Source: Alphaproteobacteria bacterium (GTDB lineage: Bacteria > Pseudomonadota > Alphaproteobacteria > RF32 > CAG-239). Taken from it: 64,000 bases of DNA. A program made the translations under genes and the position numbers. Location of the stretch: NCBI GenBank assembly GCA_045597005.1, contig JAZODJ010000028.1, forward strand, positions 12,768-76,767, given 5' to 3'. The stretch's first letter is position 1; every line of letters begins with the position of its first letter. The notes below the pieces were generated by a model. That model had not been told where the DNA came from. It ran no database searches and saw only the letters and a list, made by a program, of their open reading frames with translations. Of the stretch, positions 1 to 10,705 are shown piece by piece.

Positions 1-155
1 TTTTCTTTACAATCAACATCTACTTCAATCCCTTTATAATCACCGGCATTTTTAGTAGGAACATTTTCTAATGGATTCAACAAACCCAACTCAAGCGCTT
101 TTTCAGTAATACCTAAACTTTCAAAAGAAACTCTATCACTATCAATCAGAATCAT
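1..155 (-). CDS. hypothetical protein (N-terminal part; continues beyond window edge)
   Basis: ATG at 155..153, 8 nt after GGAGG (complement of 164..168); frame open to base 1; starts MILIDSDRVSFESLGITEKAL; family not recognised. Confidence 0.4.
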   Translation of the reverse strand, partial: MILIDSDRVSFESLGITEKALELGLLNPLENVPTKNAGDYKGIEVDVDCKE

Positions 156-209
156 TTAATTATCCTCCAAAAGAGATTTTATAGTAGCATTATGCCATAA
201 TTTACAAAA

Positions 210-1109
210 TCATTCAACAACAAATAAAGCCATATTTTTCAAACGGTTTCTAAACCATGTTAATTGTCTTTTAGCGTACTGTCTGGTGTGTAATTTAGCC
301 AATCTTACAGCCTCATCCAAAGTGATATTTCCCCTCAAATAATCAGCCAACTCCGGCACCCCGATAGCCTTCATTGCCGGAAGATTGGCATCCAATTTCA
401 AATCGAGCAAATTTTTAACTTCGTCCAGCGCACCGTTTTTAATCATTATATCAAAACGTTTAGAACATTTTTCTTCCAAACTGCTCAATTCCGGCAATAA
501 TGCTACCACCTTAAAATCAGCCTCAGGCAAAAGCTTTATCATCGGTTTTTCAAACCATTCATCAATTGATACACCCGTATCCAAAAAAATCTCCAAAGCG
601 CGCCTTACTCTGGTTGTATCATTTTCATTAACTCTTTTAGCGCCTTTTTCATCAATGTTTTTCAACATCTCATAAACTTTGCTTACACCACCCTCGGCAA
701 ACATCTTAGCCACTTTTTCTTTAATTTCTGGCCGAGTTTCCGGAATTGGCGACACTCCCTTTATCAGGCTTTCGATATAAAATCCCGTTCCACCGACCAC
801 AATCGGTAGCTTTCCTTTTTTCCAAACATTTCTGATAGCTTCAACAGCCAGCCTCAACCATTCGCTGACCGTTCCGTTTTTAGTCGGCTCAAATATTTCA
901 TACAACAAATGTTCGACTTGATTTTTGTCTTCCTCTGACGGAGCCGCCGAAATTATTGATATCCCCTTATATATTTGCGAAGCATCGGCATTTATAACAA
1001 CTCCGTTATACTTTTTTGCCAAATCCATAGCCAAACCGGACTTTCCCGAAGCCGTAGGTCCGGCAACCACGACAACACTGTCAGATTTCAGATTATTTAA
1101 ATCTATCAA
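210..1109 (-). CDS. miaA: tRNA dimethylallyltransferase
   Basis: 299 aa; P-loop GPTASGKS, IVGGTGFY, TRQYAKRQLTWF typical of IPP transferase family. Confidence 0.9.
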   Translation of the reverse strand: MIDLNNLKSDSVVVVAGPTASGKSGLAMDLAKKYNGVVINADASQIYKGISIISAAPSEEDKNQVEHLLYEIFEPTKNGTVSEWLRLAVEAIRNVWKKGKLPIVVGGTGFYIESLIKGVSPIPETRPEIKEKVAKMFAEGGVSKVYEMLKNIDEKGAKRVNENDTTRVRRALEIFLDTGVSIDEWFEKPMIKLLPEADFKVVALLPELSSLEEKCSKRFDIMIKNGALDEVKNLLDLKLDANLPAMKAIGVPELADYLRGNITLDEAVRLAKLHTRQYAKRQLTWFRNRLKNMALFVVE

Positions 1110-1119
1110 TATTCAATCC

Positions 1120-2034
1120 TTAAGAATCAAATTTTCTACACTTAGCACCCTCAATCAACTTAGCACATAAATCTGCATAAGATATTCCCGCATATTTTGC
1201 TTGTTCCGGTACTAAAGACAAAGCTGTCATTCCGGGATTTGTATTAATTTCGAGCAATACAACACCATCCTCTTCATTCCAACGCAAATCAACTCGCGAT
1301 ACAGTATTACAACCTAATGCTTGATGCAATTTCTCGGCATAAGCTTTACAAATTTCCGAAACCTCATATGGTATTTCTGCTGGCAACACATGCTCTGTTT
1401 TTCCGTTAGTATATTTTGCATTATAGTCATAAAACTCATTACCGGCCTTCAGTTCTGTAACAACATACGCTTTATCTTCCAAGCACATAACTGTCAACTC
1501 ATGACCGGGAATATATTTTTCCACCAGAACTTCTCTATCGATATTTTTATATTTAACCTTCAAAATATCTTCTTGTTCACGAACAATAAACACCCCAACA
1601 GAAGATCCGTCTGATACCGGCTTTACCACATATGGCATAGGCACCACAGTACCATTCTTAAAAAATTCTCTTGCTGTCATTTTTTGACTTTGTGCAACTC
1701 TGATACCGCAAGTCTTTGCAACATATTTTGTCAGATGCTTATCCATACCGACAGCAGAAGCTCTCATACTGGAATGAGTATACGGAACTTGCAACAAATC
1801 AAGCATTCCTTGAATTGTTCCGTCCTCACCCCAATTACCGTAAAGTCCGTTAAAAACCACATCCGGTTTTTCTTTTTTCAACACATCAATAAACTTCCAA
1901 GTGTCCGTCAAATCATGTTCAATGACATCATATCCTTTACTTTTCAACGCTTTTGATATATCTTTACACGCAATCAAACTAACATCTCTTTCAGCAGAAA
2001 AACCACCCATCAAAACCAAAACTTTTTTAGACAT
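1120..2034 (-). CDS. ddl: D-alanine--D-alanine ligase
   Basis: 304 aa ATP-grasp; MGGFSAERDVSL, GEDGTIQG, LEINTNPGMT motifs. Confidence 0.9.
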   Translation of the reverse strand: MSKKVLVLMGGFSAERDVSLIACKDISKALKSKGYDVIEHDLTDTWKFIDVLKKEKPDVVFNGLYGNWGEDGTIQGMLDLLQVPYTHSSMRASAVGMDKHLTKYVAKTCGIRVAQSQKMTAREFFKNGTVVPMPYVVKPVSDGSSVGVFIVREQEDILKVKYKNIDREVLVEKYIPGHELTVMCLEDKAYVVTELKAGNEFYDYNAKYTNGKTEHVLPAEIPYEVSEICKAYAEKLHQALGCNTVSRVDLRWNEEDGVVLLEINTNPGMTALSLVPEQAKYAGISYADLCAKLIEGAKCRKFDS

Positions 2035-2105
2035 TTTTTAAACCCTTTAAATTAAAATTTTTTATGCTATGGTATGCCTCAAACGTTAAAGAAAGAATAA
2101 GATTA

Positions 2106-2885
2106 ATGAAAAAATTTACAACACTTTTTTTAATTACATTTCTATTACCTTCTGCTGTACAGGCTTTTTCAGTACAGCACGACTTTTTTATCTCCATCGG
2201 TGCTTTCGATGCCAGCATCACAAAATTCACCTATAGCCTTAATCAAACAGATTATCAAATTACATCTGATGTTACCACTAATGGCTTTTTCGATTCTATA
2301 TATCCTTTTCAAGCCAAATATCATACTTCCGGCAAAATAACAACCTCACAAATGAAAACATCTGCGTATGGTTACGAATCAAAATCTCGTTTTAACACTC
2401 GAAGCAAACAGGTATTTTTTAACCAAAACGGTGAGCCGTTATATCAGATATCGTCTAAAAATGACAAAACAAAAAAAAGAGAATTTAAACCAAGTCCTAC
2501 ACCTGCAGACACTTTTGATTTACAAACTATTTTTGCAAAAATTGCTCTCCAATACAATACTGTCGGTTTCTGCGATTCCCGTTTAGCGGTATATGATGGC
2601 AAACGTCGATTCGATGTAATATTCAAAGATGTCGGAACCGAAGAATTAACGCAAAACGAACATTCTTTTTACGCCGGAAAAGCTAACAAATGCACAATGC
2701 ATATTGACAAACTCTTATCAGAAGATGATGACACTCTATGGGAGTTTTCCGCAAACAAACCTATTTACTTTTGGATTGCTCGTGACACAAAAACAAATTA
2801 TCCGTTTATAGCTCATATCCAAATAAAAGACACCCCTCTTGGTGAACTCAACGCATATACAACAAAAATTTCAATTAAGGAATAA
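2106..2885 (+). CDS. secreted hypothetical protein (DUF3108-like)
   Basis: ORF 2064..2885; internal ATG 2106 gives signal peptide MKKFTTLFLITFLLPSAVQA; the DUF3108 assignment is from memory only. Confidence 0.5.
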   Translation: MKKFTTLFLITFLLPSAVQAFSVQHDFFISIGAFDASITKFTYSLNQTDYQITSDVTTNGFFDSIYPFQAKYHTSGKITTSQMKTSAYGYESKSRFNTRSKQVFFNQNGEPLYQISSKNDKTKKREFKPSPTPADTFDLQTIFAKIALQYNTVGFCDSRLAVYDGKRRFDVIFKDVGTEELTQNEHSFYAGKANKCTMHIDKLLSEDDDTLWEFSANKPIYFWIARDTKTNYPFIAHIQIKDTPLGELNAYTTKISIKE

Positions 2886-2888
2886 CCC

Positions 2889-4289
2889 ATGTTAGATAAA
2901 GCTGAATTATTACTTCCTGCAGGCTCTCTTGTAAAACTGAAAACGGCAATATTGTATGGTGCCGATGCGGTATATGCCGGAACACCTGATATGTGTCTGC
3001 GCGCTCAATCCAAATTTTCACTGGAAGACCTCAAAGAAGGAATTGATTTTGTGCATTCTCACGGCAAAAAAATATATCTGACACTAAACCTTTTTATGCA
3101 TAATCGAGATGTCGAAAAACTCCCTACTTTTGTGGAAACCCTGCGACAACTAAAGCCCGATGGAGTTCTAATTGCCGACCCGGGAGTTTTCCAATACGTC
3201 AAAGAAAACGCGCCTGAATTAAATTTATTTGTATCAACTCAGGCCAATATTTGCTCTTGGCAAGCTGTCAAATTTTGGCAATCACAAGGTGCTAAACTTT
3301 GTGTTTTAGGTCGTGAAGTAACATTTGCCGAAGCAAAAGAAATAAGAGAAAAATGTCCTGACATCCTACTTGAAACATTTATGCACGGAGCAATGTGTAT
3401 GTCCTATTCCGGACGTTGTCTAATCTCAAACTATCTGGCTGATCGCTCAGCCAATCAGGGAAAATGCGCTCACTGTTGCCGTTGGCATTACAAATTACAT
3501 TTGCGGCTAAAAGATGGCTCAATCAAAGAAATTGTTATTGATGAAAATAACAAAGATTCTTTTGAATTTTTACTTGAAGAAGAATTTCGTCCCGGCGAAT
3601 ATTTTGAAATTGTTGAAGATGAAAATGGTGGTTACATCTTAAACTCAAAAGATATGTGCCTAATGCCTCGTTTGCCTGATTTATTGTCAGCCGGCATAGA
3701 TTCGCTTAAAGTTGAAGGTCGCAACAAAACCGAATATTATGCAGGTATCGTTGCCAGAACATATCGCCAAGCAATTAATGATTGGTACAAATCTCCTGAT
3801 AACTGGGATTACAATCAATATATGGACGAATTACATACTTTGCAAAACAGAGGATACTGCCTGGGTTTTCATGATGGCAAATTAACTAATATAAGCCAAA
3901 ATTATGAATACACCCGCACCTTAGGCGACTGGTTGTTTGCTGGTTCGATAATTGAATGGCAAGATGACGACGCTATCTTCGAAATTCGTAATTTTATTAA
4001 TCAAAATGAAGAATTTGAATTTTTGATGCCGGGAAGCCTTAAAAATATAAAATTAAAACTATCTGAGTTCGAAGATGCCTCAACCGGCGAGATATCAACT
4101 AAAGTATCCGCCGGTCAAGGTAAAGCCATCCGCATAAAACCAAATTGTTGGAATTTACCGATAACTGAAGTAAAAAAACTTTTACCGCAATACACTATTG
4201 CGCGTAAGTTTGCTCCTCTTACAGGCACAAACAAAACTATGCTTGATAACAAAGGACAAGAATTTTGCAAACTTTGCAATAAAGATTAA
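2889..4289 (+). CDS. peptidase U32 family protein
   Basis: 466 aa; ELLLPAGS start and U32 signature ETFMHGAMCMSYSGRCLIS. Confidence 0.85.
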   Translation: MLDKAELLLPAGSLVKLKTAILYGADAVYAGTPDMCLRAQSKFSLEDLKEGIDFVHSHGKKIYLTLNLFMHNRDVEKLPTFVETLRQLKPDGVLIADPGVFQYVKENAPELNLFVSTQANICSWQAVKFWQSQGAKLCVLGREVTFAEAKEIREKCPDILLETFMHGAMCMSYSGRCLISNYLADRSANQGKCAHCCRWHYKLHLRLKDGSIKEIVIDENNKDSFEFLLEEEFRPGEYFEIVEDENGGYILNSKDMCLMPRLPDLLSAGIDSLKVEGRNKTEYYAGIVARTYRQAINDWYKSPDNWDYNQYMDELHTLQNRGYCLGFHDGKLTNISQNYEYTRTLGDWLFAGSIIEWQDDDAIFEIRNFINQNEEFEFLMPGSLKNIKLKLSEFEDASTGEISTKVSAGQGKAIRIKPNCWNLPITEVKKLLPQYTIARKFAPLTGTNKTMLDNKGQEFCKLCNKD

Positions 4290-4765
4290 TGTTTTAGTTT
4301 TGACGAACTTAGCAAATAGCTTGCTACATTTTGCAATCGTTCCATTCGTGATGCATTTTCTTCATCACCTGTTTTGTTATACGCTTCATATAACAACGCA
4401 GTAACTTTTATAATAAGTTTGGCTTTATCGTTAATCGGCATTTTTGACTTTTCTACCGCATCTAACATATCATTACCCAATTTAATTTTACCGTACGGCG
4501 AATAAACTAAATTTTGAGCCTTTTGCCAAAGCTCCAATGCATTTTCATATTGTCCTTCATCAATATTCGCCTTAGCCAATCTGTTATAAGCCCAAAACAA
4601 CAATGTTTTTCGTTTGATGGAATCATCTTTCATACAAGCACCATTGCTTTCACAAAAAGAAACAACCTCATCAAATACCCTCAATTTTATTTCTGGATCC
4701 AAATTAGATGCTTGTACTGCTAACTTATACGCTTCAACAATATTTTGCGGTGTATTTTTTAACAT
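4286..4765 (-). CDS. hypothetical helical/TPR-like protein
   Basis: 159-aa ORF, helical repeat-like (WAYNRLAKANIDEGQYENALELWQKA); stop overlaps U32 stop in TTAA. Confidence 0.5.
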   Translation of the reverse strand: MLKNTPQNIVEAYKLAVQASNLDPEIKLRVFDEVVSFCESNGACMKDDSIKRKTLLFWAYNRLAKANIDEGQYENALELWQKAQNLVYSPYGKIKLGNDMLDAVEKSKMPINDKAKLIIKVTALLYEAYNKTGDEENASRMERLQNVASYLLSSSKLKH

Positions 4766-4781
4766 TGCATTCTACCTGAAT

Positions 4782-5096
4782 CTAATTTATTTGTTTTGAA
4801 CAATGACATTTTCCACAATCTAAACCGCCATCAACCAAACAATAATCCTCTTTGTTTAAATTGTTTTCGGCAAACACCTCACAATTTTCACACAAACATC
4901 CTTTATCTTCCTGAATACAATGGCTTTTTCCAAAAGCACAAAACATTTTTTCATAATGTTCAACATTTTCAACTCCATCAACCAATTTCATCAAATTAAT
5001 CGGATAATTTTTAATTTTGCATGTTTTTGTATAAGATGGACAATCTGAACATAAACATTTTCTCAAATTATCAGACGTTCTGGACACCGGAAACAT
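4782..5096 (-). CDS. cysteine-rich protein, DUF2769-like
   Basis: ATG 5096 is 7 nt after GGAGG (complement of 5104..5108); CLCSDCPSY ... FCAFGKSHC ... CLCENCEV pattern resembles DUF2769. Confidence 0.55.
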   Translation of the reverse strand: MFPVSRTSDNLRKCLCSDCPSYTKTCKIKNYPINLMKLVDGVENVEHYEKMFCAFGKSHCIQEDKGCLCENCEVFAENNLNKEDYCLVDGGLDCGKCHCSKQIN

Positions 5097-5260
5097 ATTT
5101 AAACCTCCTATAAAATTATCACACAAATAAAATATTCTCTCCTTATCACCAAAACAATAAACCTTTAGTCTGCATACATAGGCTTTTTTCTCTTGCTAAT
5201 CATTTCCTTTTTATTTAAAATCTCCACTGTTTTTTATTTACAAATGCAAAGGACATTACT

Positions 5261-6415
5261 ATGAATCATCTATTTACCAGTGAAGCTGTTTCTGAAGGTC
5301 ATCCCGATAAAGTTTGCGATGCTATATCGGATGCTATAGTCGACTTATATTTAAGCTATGACACTAAATCTCGTACCGCTATTGAAACAATGGCTACAAC
5401 TAACCAAGTAATTATTGCCGGAGAAACATCATCGGCAATATCTGTTTCTCATGAACAAATCGAAAACACGGTACGTCAAACCATAAAAAAAATTGGTTAC
5501 GAACAAGACAATTTCTCTTGGTCCGACGTAAATATACAAAGTTACCTTCACAAACAATCTGCCGACATAGCTCTAGGTGTTGACAAACTGGGAGCCGGAG
5601 ACCAAGGAATAATGTTCGGTTATGCAAAAAAAGAAGCTGATATAGATACCGAATATATGCCTATGGCTATATATCTGGCCAACAAAATTCTATATGAACT
5701 AACATGTGATCGCCATAACGGCAGTATCAAAGGTATCTTACCCGATGCCAAAAGCCAAATCACCATAGAATACGATGATAACAATAATCCGATAGGCTTA
5801 AAAAAAGCTGTACTATCGACACAACACGAAGCATGGATGTCTCAAGAGGAAATTCGTGATATTGCCTGCAAATATATAAAAAAAGCACTTCCTTCAAATT
5901 GGTCAATTGACAATGCAGATATTCTTATCAATCCTACCGGACGTTTTGTAATTGGCGGTCCTGATGGAGATACCGGATTAACCGGCCGGAAAATTATTGT
6001 TGACACTTATGGTGGTTACGCTCCACACGGAGGCGGAGCATTTTCAGGAAAAGATCCGACAAAAGTTGATCGCTCTGCAGCATACATGCTACGTTATATT
6101 GCTAAAAATATTGTTGCCGCAGGACTTGCCGATGAGTGTACATTACAAATTTCCTATGCTATAGGAGTTGCCGAACCTTTATCTTTATATATCAACACTC
6201 ACAACACCTCCAAAATTGACAATCAAAAATTACTAAAAACAATTCACGAAATGTTTGATCTAACCCCAGCCGGAATAATCAAACATCTAAAATTACAAAA
6301 TCCCATATATCTTCCCACATCATCATACGGACATTTTGGACGTAAACCATCTGATGATAATCTTTTTACATGGGAAAAAACAGACTTTGCTGAGGAACTC
6401 AAAAAATGCTTTTAA
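5261..6415 (+). CDS. metK: S-adenosylmethionine synthase
   Basis: 384 aa; FTSEAVSEGHPDKVCD, GAGDQGIMFGYA, GGGAFSGKDPTKVDRS. Confidence 0.95.
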   Translation: MNHLFTSEAVSEGHPDKVCDAISDAIVDLYLSYDTKSRTAIETMATTNQVIIAGETSSAISVSHEQIENTVRQTIKKIGYEQDNFSWSDVNIQSYLHKQSADIALGVDKLGAGDQGIMFGYAKKEADIDTEYMPMAIYLANKILYELTCDRHNGSIKGILPDAKSQITIEYDDNNNPIGLKKAVLSTQHEAWMSQEEIRDIACKYIKKALPSNWSIDNADILINPTGRFVIGGPDGDTGLTGRKIIVDTYGGYAPHGGGAFSGKDPTKVDRSAAYMLRYIAKNIVAAGLADECTLQISYAIGVAEPLSLYINTHNTSKIDNQKLLKTIHEMFDLTPAGIIKHLKLQNPIYLPTSSYGHFGRKPSDDNLFTWEKTDFAEELKKCF

Positions 6416-7128
6416 CAGATAAACCAAAATTTTACGGACGTCGCCAAGGACGCAAAATACGCAAAGCAAAATCCGGATTATTGGAAAATTTTTTACCAAA
6501 GATTTCCATAACTCCCCAATCTGTAATTTCAAAAGATATTTTCAATTGCAATGTATCTGAAATATACATGGAAATAGGCTTTGGTGATGGCGACCACCTC
6601 GCCGGACAATCACTAAAAAATCCGCATATCGGTTTTATAGGAGCAGAAGTCTTCAAAAACGGAGTAGCAAATTTACTATCTATAATCACAGGTATCAAAA
6701 AAAACAGTGATATATCCGAAGAAATTAAAATACTTTCCCCCCGTAGTGATAATATACGTGTTTGGAGTGATGATGTCAGAATTCTTTTCAAGCAAATTCC
6801 TGACGAATTTCTAAGCAAAATATTTTTATTATTTCCTGACCCTTGGCCCAAAAAACGCCATGCATCACGCCGTTTTATAAATCCTGATAATTTAAAAGAA
6901 ATCGCTCGTATACTAAAAAAAGGCGGCATATTACGTGTTGCTACTGATCATAAAGTCTACAAAAGTTGGACTTTACGCACACTTGCAAACGACCCCAATT
7001 TTCGTTGGACAGCTAGATCTAGTGATGATTGGCGTAATCCACCGACTGATTGGGTTGAAACTAAATATCAACGCAAAGCCATCCGCGAAGGACGCAAACC
7101 GGTATTTTTAGATTTTGAACGTCTTTAA
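6406..7128 (+). CDS. trmB: tRNA (guanine46-N7)-methyltransferase
   Basis: 240 aa; EIGFGDGDHL, FPDPWPKKRH, TDHKVY motifs. Confidence 0.9.
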   Translation: MLLTDKPKFYGRRQGRKIRKAKSGLLENFLPKISITPQSVISKDIFNCNVSEIYMEIGFGDGDHLAGQSLKNPHIGFIGAEVFKNGVANLLSIITGIKKNSDISEEIKILSPRSDNIRVWSDDVRILFKQIPDEFLSKIFLLFPDPWPKKRHASRRFINPDNLKEIARILKKGGILRVATDHKVYKSWTLRTLANDPNFRWTARSSDDWRNPPTDWVETKYQRKAIREGRKPVFLDFERL

Positions 7129-7190
7129 AATACCAAACTCCTAACTACATTTTAGAAATAACTTTATAACACATAGTTAGGAGAAAAAAT

Positions 7191-8549
7191 ATGACATCTT
7201 CCTTTAAACTAAGCGGAACCCTGGTATTGGTAGCAATCATGGCTTCACTTGGCGGATTATTGTCCGGTTTTGATATGGGTGTTATTTCCGGCGCTCTGCT
7301 TTATATCAATCAAACATGGGAACTCTCACCTTTGGCTCAAGGATGGCTCGTTTCATCGGCAATTGTCGGTTCAGTTATCGGAGCTGCTGCCAACGGCATC
7401 TTAGCTGATATTTACGGGCGTAAAAAAATTATTATTGCAACTGCCATTATCTTCATAATTGGATCCATAATGTGCGGTTATGCCACCACCGCAAATTGGC
7501 TCATTTTTTCACGTATAGTAATCGGCATTGCTGTCGGCATGATCAGTTTTGTCGCCCCTATTTACTTGTCCGAAATAGCTCCGGAAAAAATCAGAGGTTC
7601 TTTGGTATCTTTATACCAATTAGCACTAACTGCCGGTATATTATTATCATACCTTATTAACCGTATCTTTGCCAACTTTGAATTCAATTGGAGATGGATG
7701 TTAGGTTCCGGTGCAATCCCTGCCGTCATTCTTTTAATAGGAATTTTATTTCTTCACGATACTCCCAGATGGCTCATAAGCAAAAACAAAATTAATGAAG
7801 CTCGTGAAGTATTCAAAAAAATATACCCGGAAAATGATGTTGAAAATCACATTAACGAAATCAAAGAAACGTTATCATCATCTACGAATAATAAAAAAGT
7901 CAAATTACAAAAATGGATGTTTATGCCGATATTTGTAGGCGTCGGTTTAATGTTTGTTCAAATATGTACCGGTATTAACACCATCATATATTATACCCCT
8001 ACTATTTTTAATTTGGCTGGATTTGCTGACAATATCACTGCAATATATGCAACAATAGGCGTTGGTATTGTAAATTTCTTAATGACTTTTGTTGCAATCG
8101 CTTATATTGATAAATTTGGCCGCAAACCACTATTATACATCGGCTTAATCGGAATGCTGATTAGTATGTTTGCCCTCTCAGGTTCATTTGCCATGGGCGA
8201 TTCCGGCCGTTGGTTAGCTGTCGGATCAGTTGTACTATACATTGCTTCTTTTGCAATGAGTCTTGGCCCGGTTTGTTGGATTATGGTATCTGAAATTATG
8301 CCCTTAAAAATACGCGGACTTGCAATGTCTGCAGCAACGGTATCAAACTTTGCTTTTAACTTTATTGTTGTTTTAAGTTTTTTACCCATGCTCGAAATTT
8401 TAGGAAAATCCACAACATTTTTCATCTTTGGCCTTATCACAATATTATCACTGTTTTTTGTATACTTTTTTGTTCCCGAAACAAAAGGAATTTCTCTTGA
8501 AAAAATTGAAGAAAACTGGCATAAAGGTATATCACCACGTAAATTTTAA
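7191..8549 (+). CDS. MFS sugar-porter family transporter
   Basis: 452 aa, 12 TM-like segments; GRKK, DTPRWL, PETKG sugar-porter signatures. Confidence 0.85.
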   Translation: MTSSFKLSGTLVLVAIMASLGGLLSGFDMGVISGALLYINQTWELSPLAQGWLVSSAIVGSVIGAAANGILADIYGRKKIIIATAIIFIIGSIMCGYATTANWLIFSRIVIGIAVGMISFVAPIYLSEIAPEKIRGSLVSLYQLALTAGILLSYLINRIFANFEFNWRWMLGSGAIPAVILLIGILFLHDTPRWLISKNKINEAREVFKKIYPENDVENHINEIKETLSSSTNNKKVKLQKWMFMPIFVGVGLMFVQICTGINTIIYYTPTIFNLAGFADNITAIYATIGVGIVNFLMTFVAIAYIDKFGRKPLLYIGLIGMLISMFALSGSFAMGDSGRWLAVGSVVLYIASFAMSLGPVCWIMVSEIMPLKIRGLAMSAATVSNFAFNFIVVLSFLPMLEILGKSTTFFIFGLITILSLFFVYFFVPETKGISLEKIEENWHKGISPRKF

Positions 8550-8568
8550 AACCTGATAAGGACTATTG

Positions 8569-9627
8569 ATGAAAATATTGGTTGGGATGAGCGGCGGCGT
8601 TGATTCAAGTGTCGCCGCACTTCTTCTAAAACAAGCCGGTCATGATGTTATCGGCGCAACAATGAGCATTTGGGATGATTCTGATACCTTCCGTCAATTA
8701 ACCGGTAAAGGTTGCTTTTCTTCTCACGATGAAGACATATCTCAGGCCAAACAAATATGTCAAAACTTAAACATTCCTCATCTGATAGTCGACTGCACAG
8801 ATGAATTCAAGCAAATTGTCCTAAACAATTTTCGCAACGAATACAAAGCTGGAAGAACCCCAAATCCATGTGTAGTATGCAATTCGATGATTAAATTCAG
8901 TGTCCTTCCCGATAGCGCACGAAAACAAGGAATTATCTTTGATAAATTTGCTACAGGTCATTATGCACGTATCCATTTTAATAAAGCCACAGGGCTTTAC
9001 CAAATTATGCGTGGCCTAGACAGCAAAAAAGATCAATCGTACTTTCTTTATCGTCTCACACAAGAGCAATTAGCCGGAACAATTCTTCCTCTGGGAGAAA
9101 AAAACAAATTTGAAATCCGTGAATTAGCCAAACAAGCCGGCTTATCAGTTTCCGATAAACCTGATAGTCAAGATTTCTATACCGGACCATTAAATGATAT
9201 TTTGCAATTTCCCGCTCAATCAGGAACTTTCATCAATAAAGAAGGAAAAATACTAGGGCATCATAACGGTTACTGGAATTTTACTATTGGACAACGGCGA
9301 GGACTGGGCATATCAGCCGATAAGCCTTTATACGTTATTGATATCATTAAAGAGAGCAATAAAATCATTGTAGGATATGCTGATGAATGCCTTCAAACAA
9401 CTCTTACTGCTTCAAACTGGGTTTGGCAAATCCCAATACCTCAACAAACTTTTCATTGTCAAGCTCGTATTCGTTCATCTCAAACACCTGTTGATGTACG
9501 TCTGACTCCTTTATCAAACGATACTTTTGAAGTTACTTTTATGTCTCCTCAAAGTGCCATAACTCCAGGACAATCTGTTGTTTTGAACAATAACAACATG
9601 TTAATTGGAGGAGGAATAATAAACTAA
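8569..9627 (+). CDS. mnmA: tRNA 2-thiouridine(34) synthase
   Basis: MKILVGMSGGVDSS PP-loop, NPCVVCN, DQSYFLY; ATG 8569 preferred over TTG 8566. Confidence 0.9.
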   Translation: MKILVGMSGGVDSSVAALLLKQAGHDVIGATMSIWDDSDTFRQLTGKGCFSSHDEDISQAKQICQNLNIPHLIVDCTDEFKQIVLNNFRNEYKAGRTPNPCVVCNSMIKFSVLPDSARKQGIIFDKFATGHYARIHFNKATGLYQIMRGLDSKKDQSYFLYRLTQEQLAGTILPLGEKNKFEIRELAKQAGLSVSDKPDSQDFYTGPLNDILQFPAQSGTFINKEGKILGHHNGYWNFTIGQRRGLGISADKPLYVIDIIKESNKIIVGYADECLQTTLTASNWVWQIPIPQQTFHCQARIRSSQTPVDVRLTPLSNDTFEVTFMSPQSAITPGQSVVLNNNNMLIGGGIIN

Positions 9628-10340
9628 AACCATGTCAAAACAACAGAGAAAAATATAGGTACTGACAAATTATCATCTATTTCTATTTTATCTTCATATA
9701 CTTCCGCCAAAGTAGCAACCAAACAAGCCACCACATTTACCCAACTAAATTGATAAATCGGCCAAAAAAGCAAATTAATTCCCACTGCAGTCAAAAAGAA
9801 TGCCAAAGTGCCTTCGAGGGTTTTATTTTTATATATTTTAAACTTACCGACCGAACGCCCTACCAAAGCTGCTGCACTATCAGAAATAAGCATAACCGTC
9901 AAAGCAATGGTGGCAACTTCTTTTCCGAAAAAACACATACACAAAAGTGCTGAAAATAACACATATATAGCTCCGGTAAACTGAAAATGCTCCCGAGATG
10001 TTTCTTTATTCCTTAAAGTTCTAAAAAATAAAACTCCGAAAGATTTTCTTGCCCAAGGATATTTTTTAAAATTTCCATATTCTAAAATTACATTACCGAT
10101 TAAAATAATCATCAAAATAGGAACCAAAACCAATTTTGGCATAAAATAAATAGCCGCAGGTATCCAAAGAGAACTCAGATGAATAGCCTTGCGAAACAAC
10201 TCTTTTTTAAATGCCTTATCTTTACACAGCTGCTGGTACAACAAATCAGCATTTTGCCAATTGGCTTCCCAATTTAATTGTCTCTTAATTGACCTGAACA
10301 CCTTATTATAATCAGGACTCCTGCCATTCAACTTCCACAT
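9624..10340 (-). CDS. polyprenol/phytol kinase-like (CTP-transferase 1 superfamily) membrane protein
   Basis: 238 aa, multi-TM; GRSVGKFKIYKNKTLEGTLAFF resembles the dolichol/phytol kinase-CdsA family. Confidence 0.65.
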   Translation of the reverse strand: MWKLNGRSPDYNKVFRSIKRQLNWEANWQNADLLYQQLCKDKAFKKELFRKAIHLSSLWIPAAIYFMPKLVLVPILMIILIGNVILEYGNFKKYPWARKSFGVLFFRTLRNKETSREHFQFTGAIYVLFSALLCMCFFGKEVATIALTVMLISDSAAALVGRSVGKFKIYKNKTLEGTLAFFLTAVGINLLFWPIYQFSWVNVVACLVATLAEVYEDKIEIDDNLSVPIFFSVVLTWF

Positions 10341-10471
10341 ATCAACCTCATCCGATAAGCTCTTGTATTTCGGATATTAAAAAAACAAACTCATAATCTC
10401 AAGAAAAAAACAGATTATGTGGAAAAATAAAAAAACATAACTATATCATAACCAAACAATGGAGAAAAAAT

Positions 10472-10705
10472 ATGATATCAGAAAAACCCGAAGGCACAAT
10501 CACCAAAGATTTTACCAAACAACGTTACACAGATATTGATGACAAAGATTTCATTATCAGACCTTTAAAATATATGAAACTAATCGATTCAGTAATTGGT
10601 CTTGATGATGAATGCGAATTTGAAAAAAATATGTTTAACTTTGGAGATGATGAAAACTTACCTGATTCTGATAGAGTTACAGATAAACGATGCAAAAACA
10701 ACTAG
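10472..10705 (+). CDS. small acidic hypothetical protein
   Basis: 77-aa ORF with GGAGAAAAAATATG context; no family recognised. Confidence 0.35.
   Translation: MISEKPEGTITKDFTKQRYTDIDDKDFIIRPLKYMKLIDSVIGLDDECEFEKNMFNFGDDENLPDSDRVTDKRCKNN

Noticed and set aside
5127-5260. Possible SAM riboswitch (SAM-II, SAM-V or SAM/SAH type) upstream of metK
   Set aside because: I could not find the conserved cores I remember (e.g. an AAAGCU pseudoknot strand). Only trivial U-rich/SD pairing is present. An Infernal/Rfam scan would be needed to decide.
7129-7190. Hairpins whose 3' arm contains the SD of the next gene (7139..7187 before the sugar transporter; 19105..19133 before the receiver gene), considered as regulatory switches
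   Set aside because: The stems are 8-9 bp with long A/T-rich loops (13-31 nt). These arise easily by chance in this composition and could equally be terminators of the upstream gene. The evidence is too weak for a separate call.
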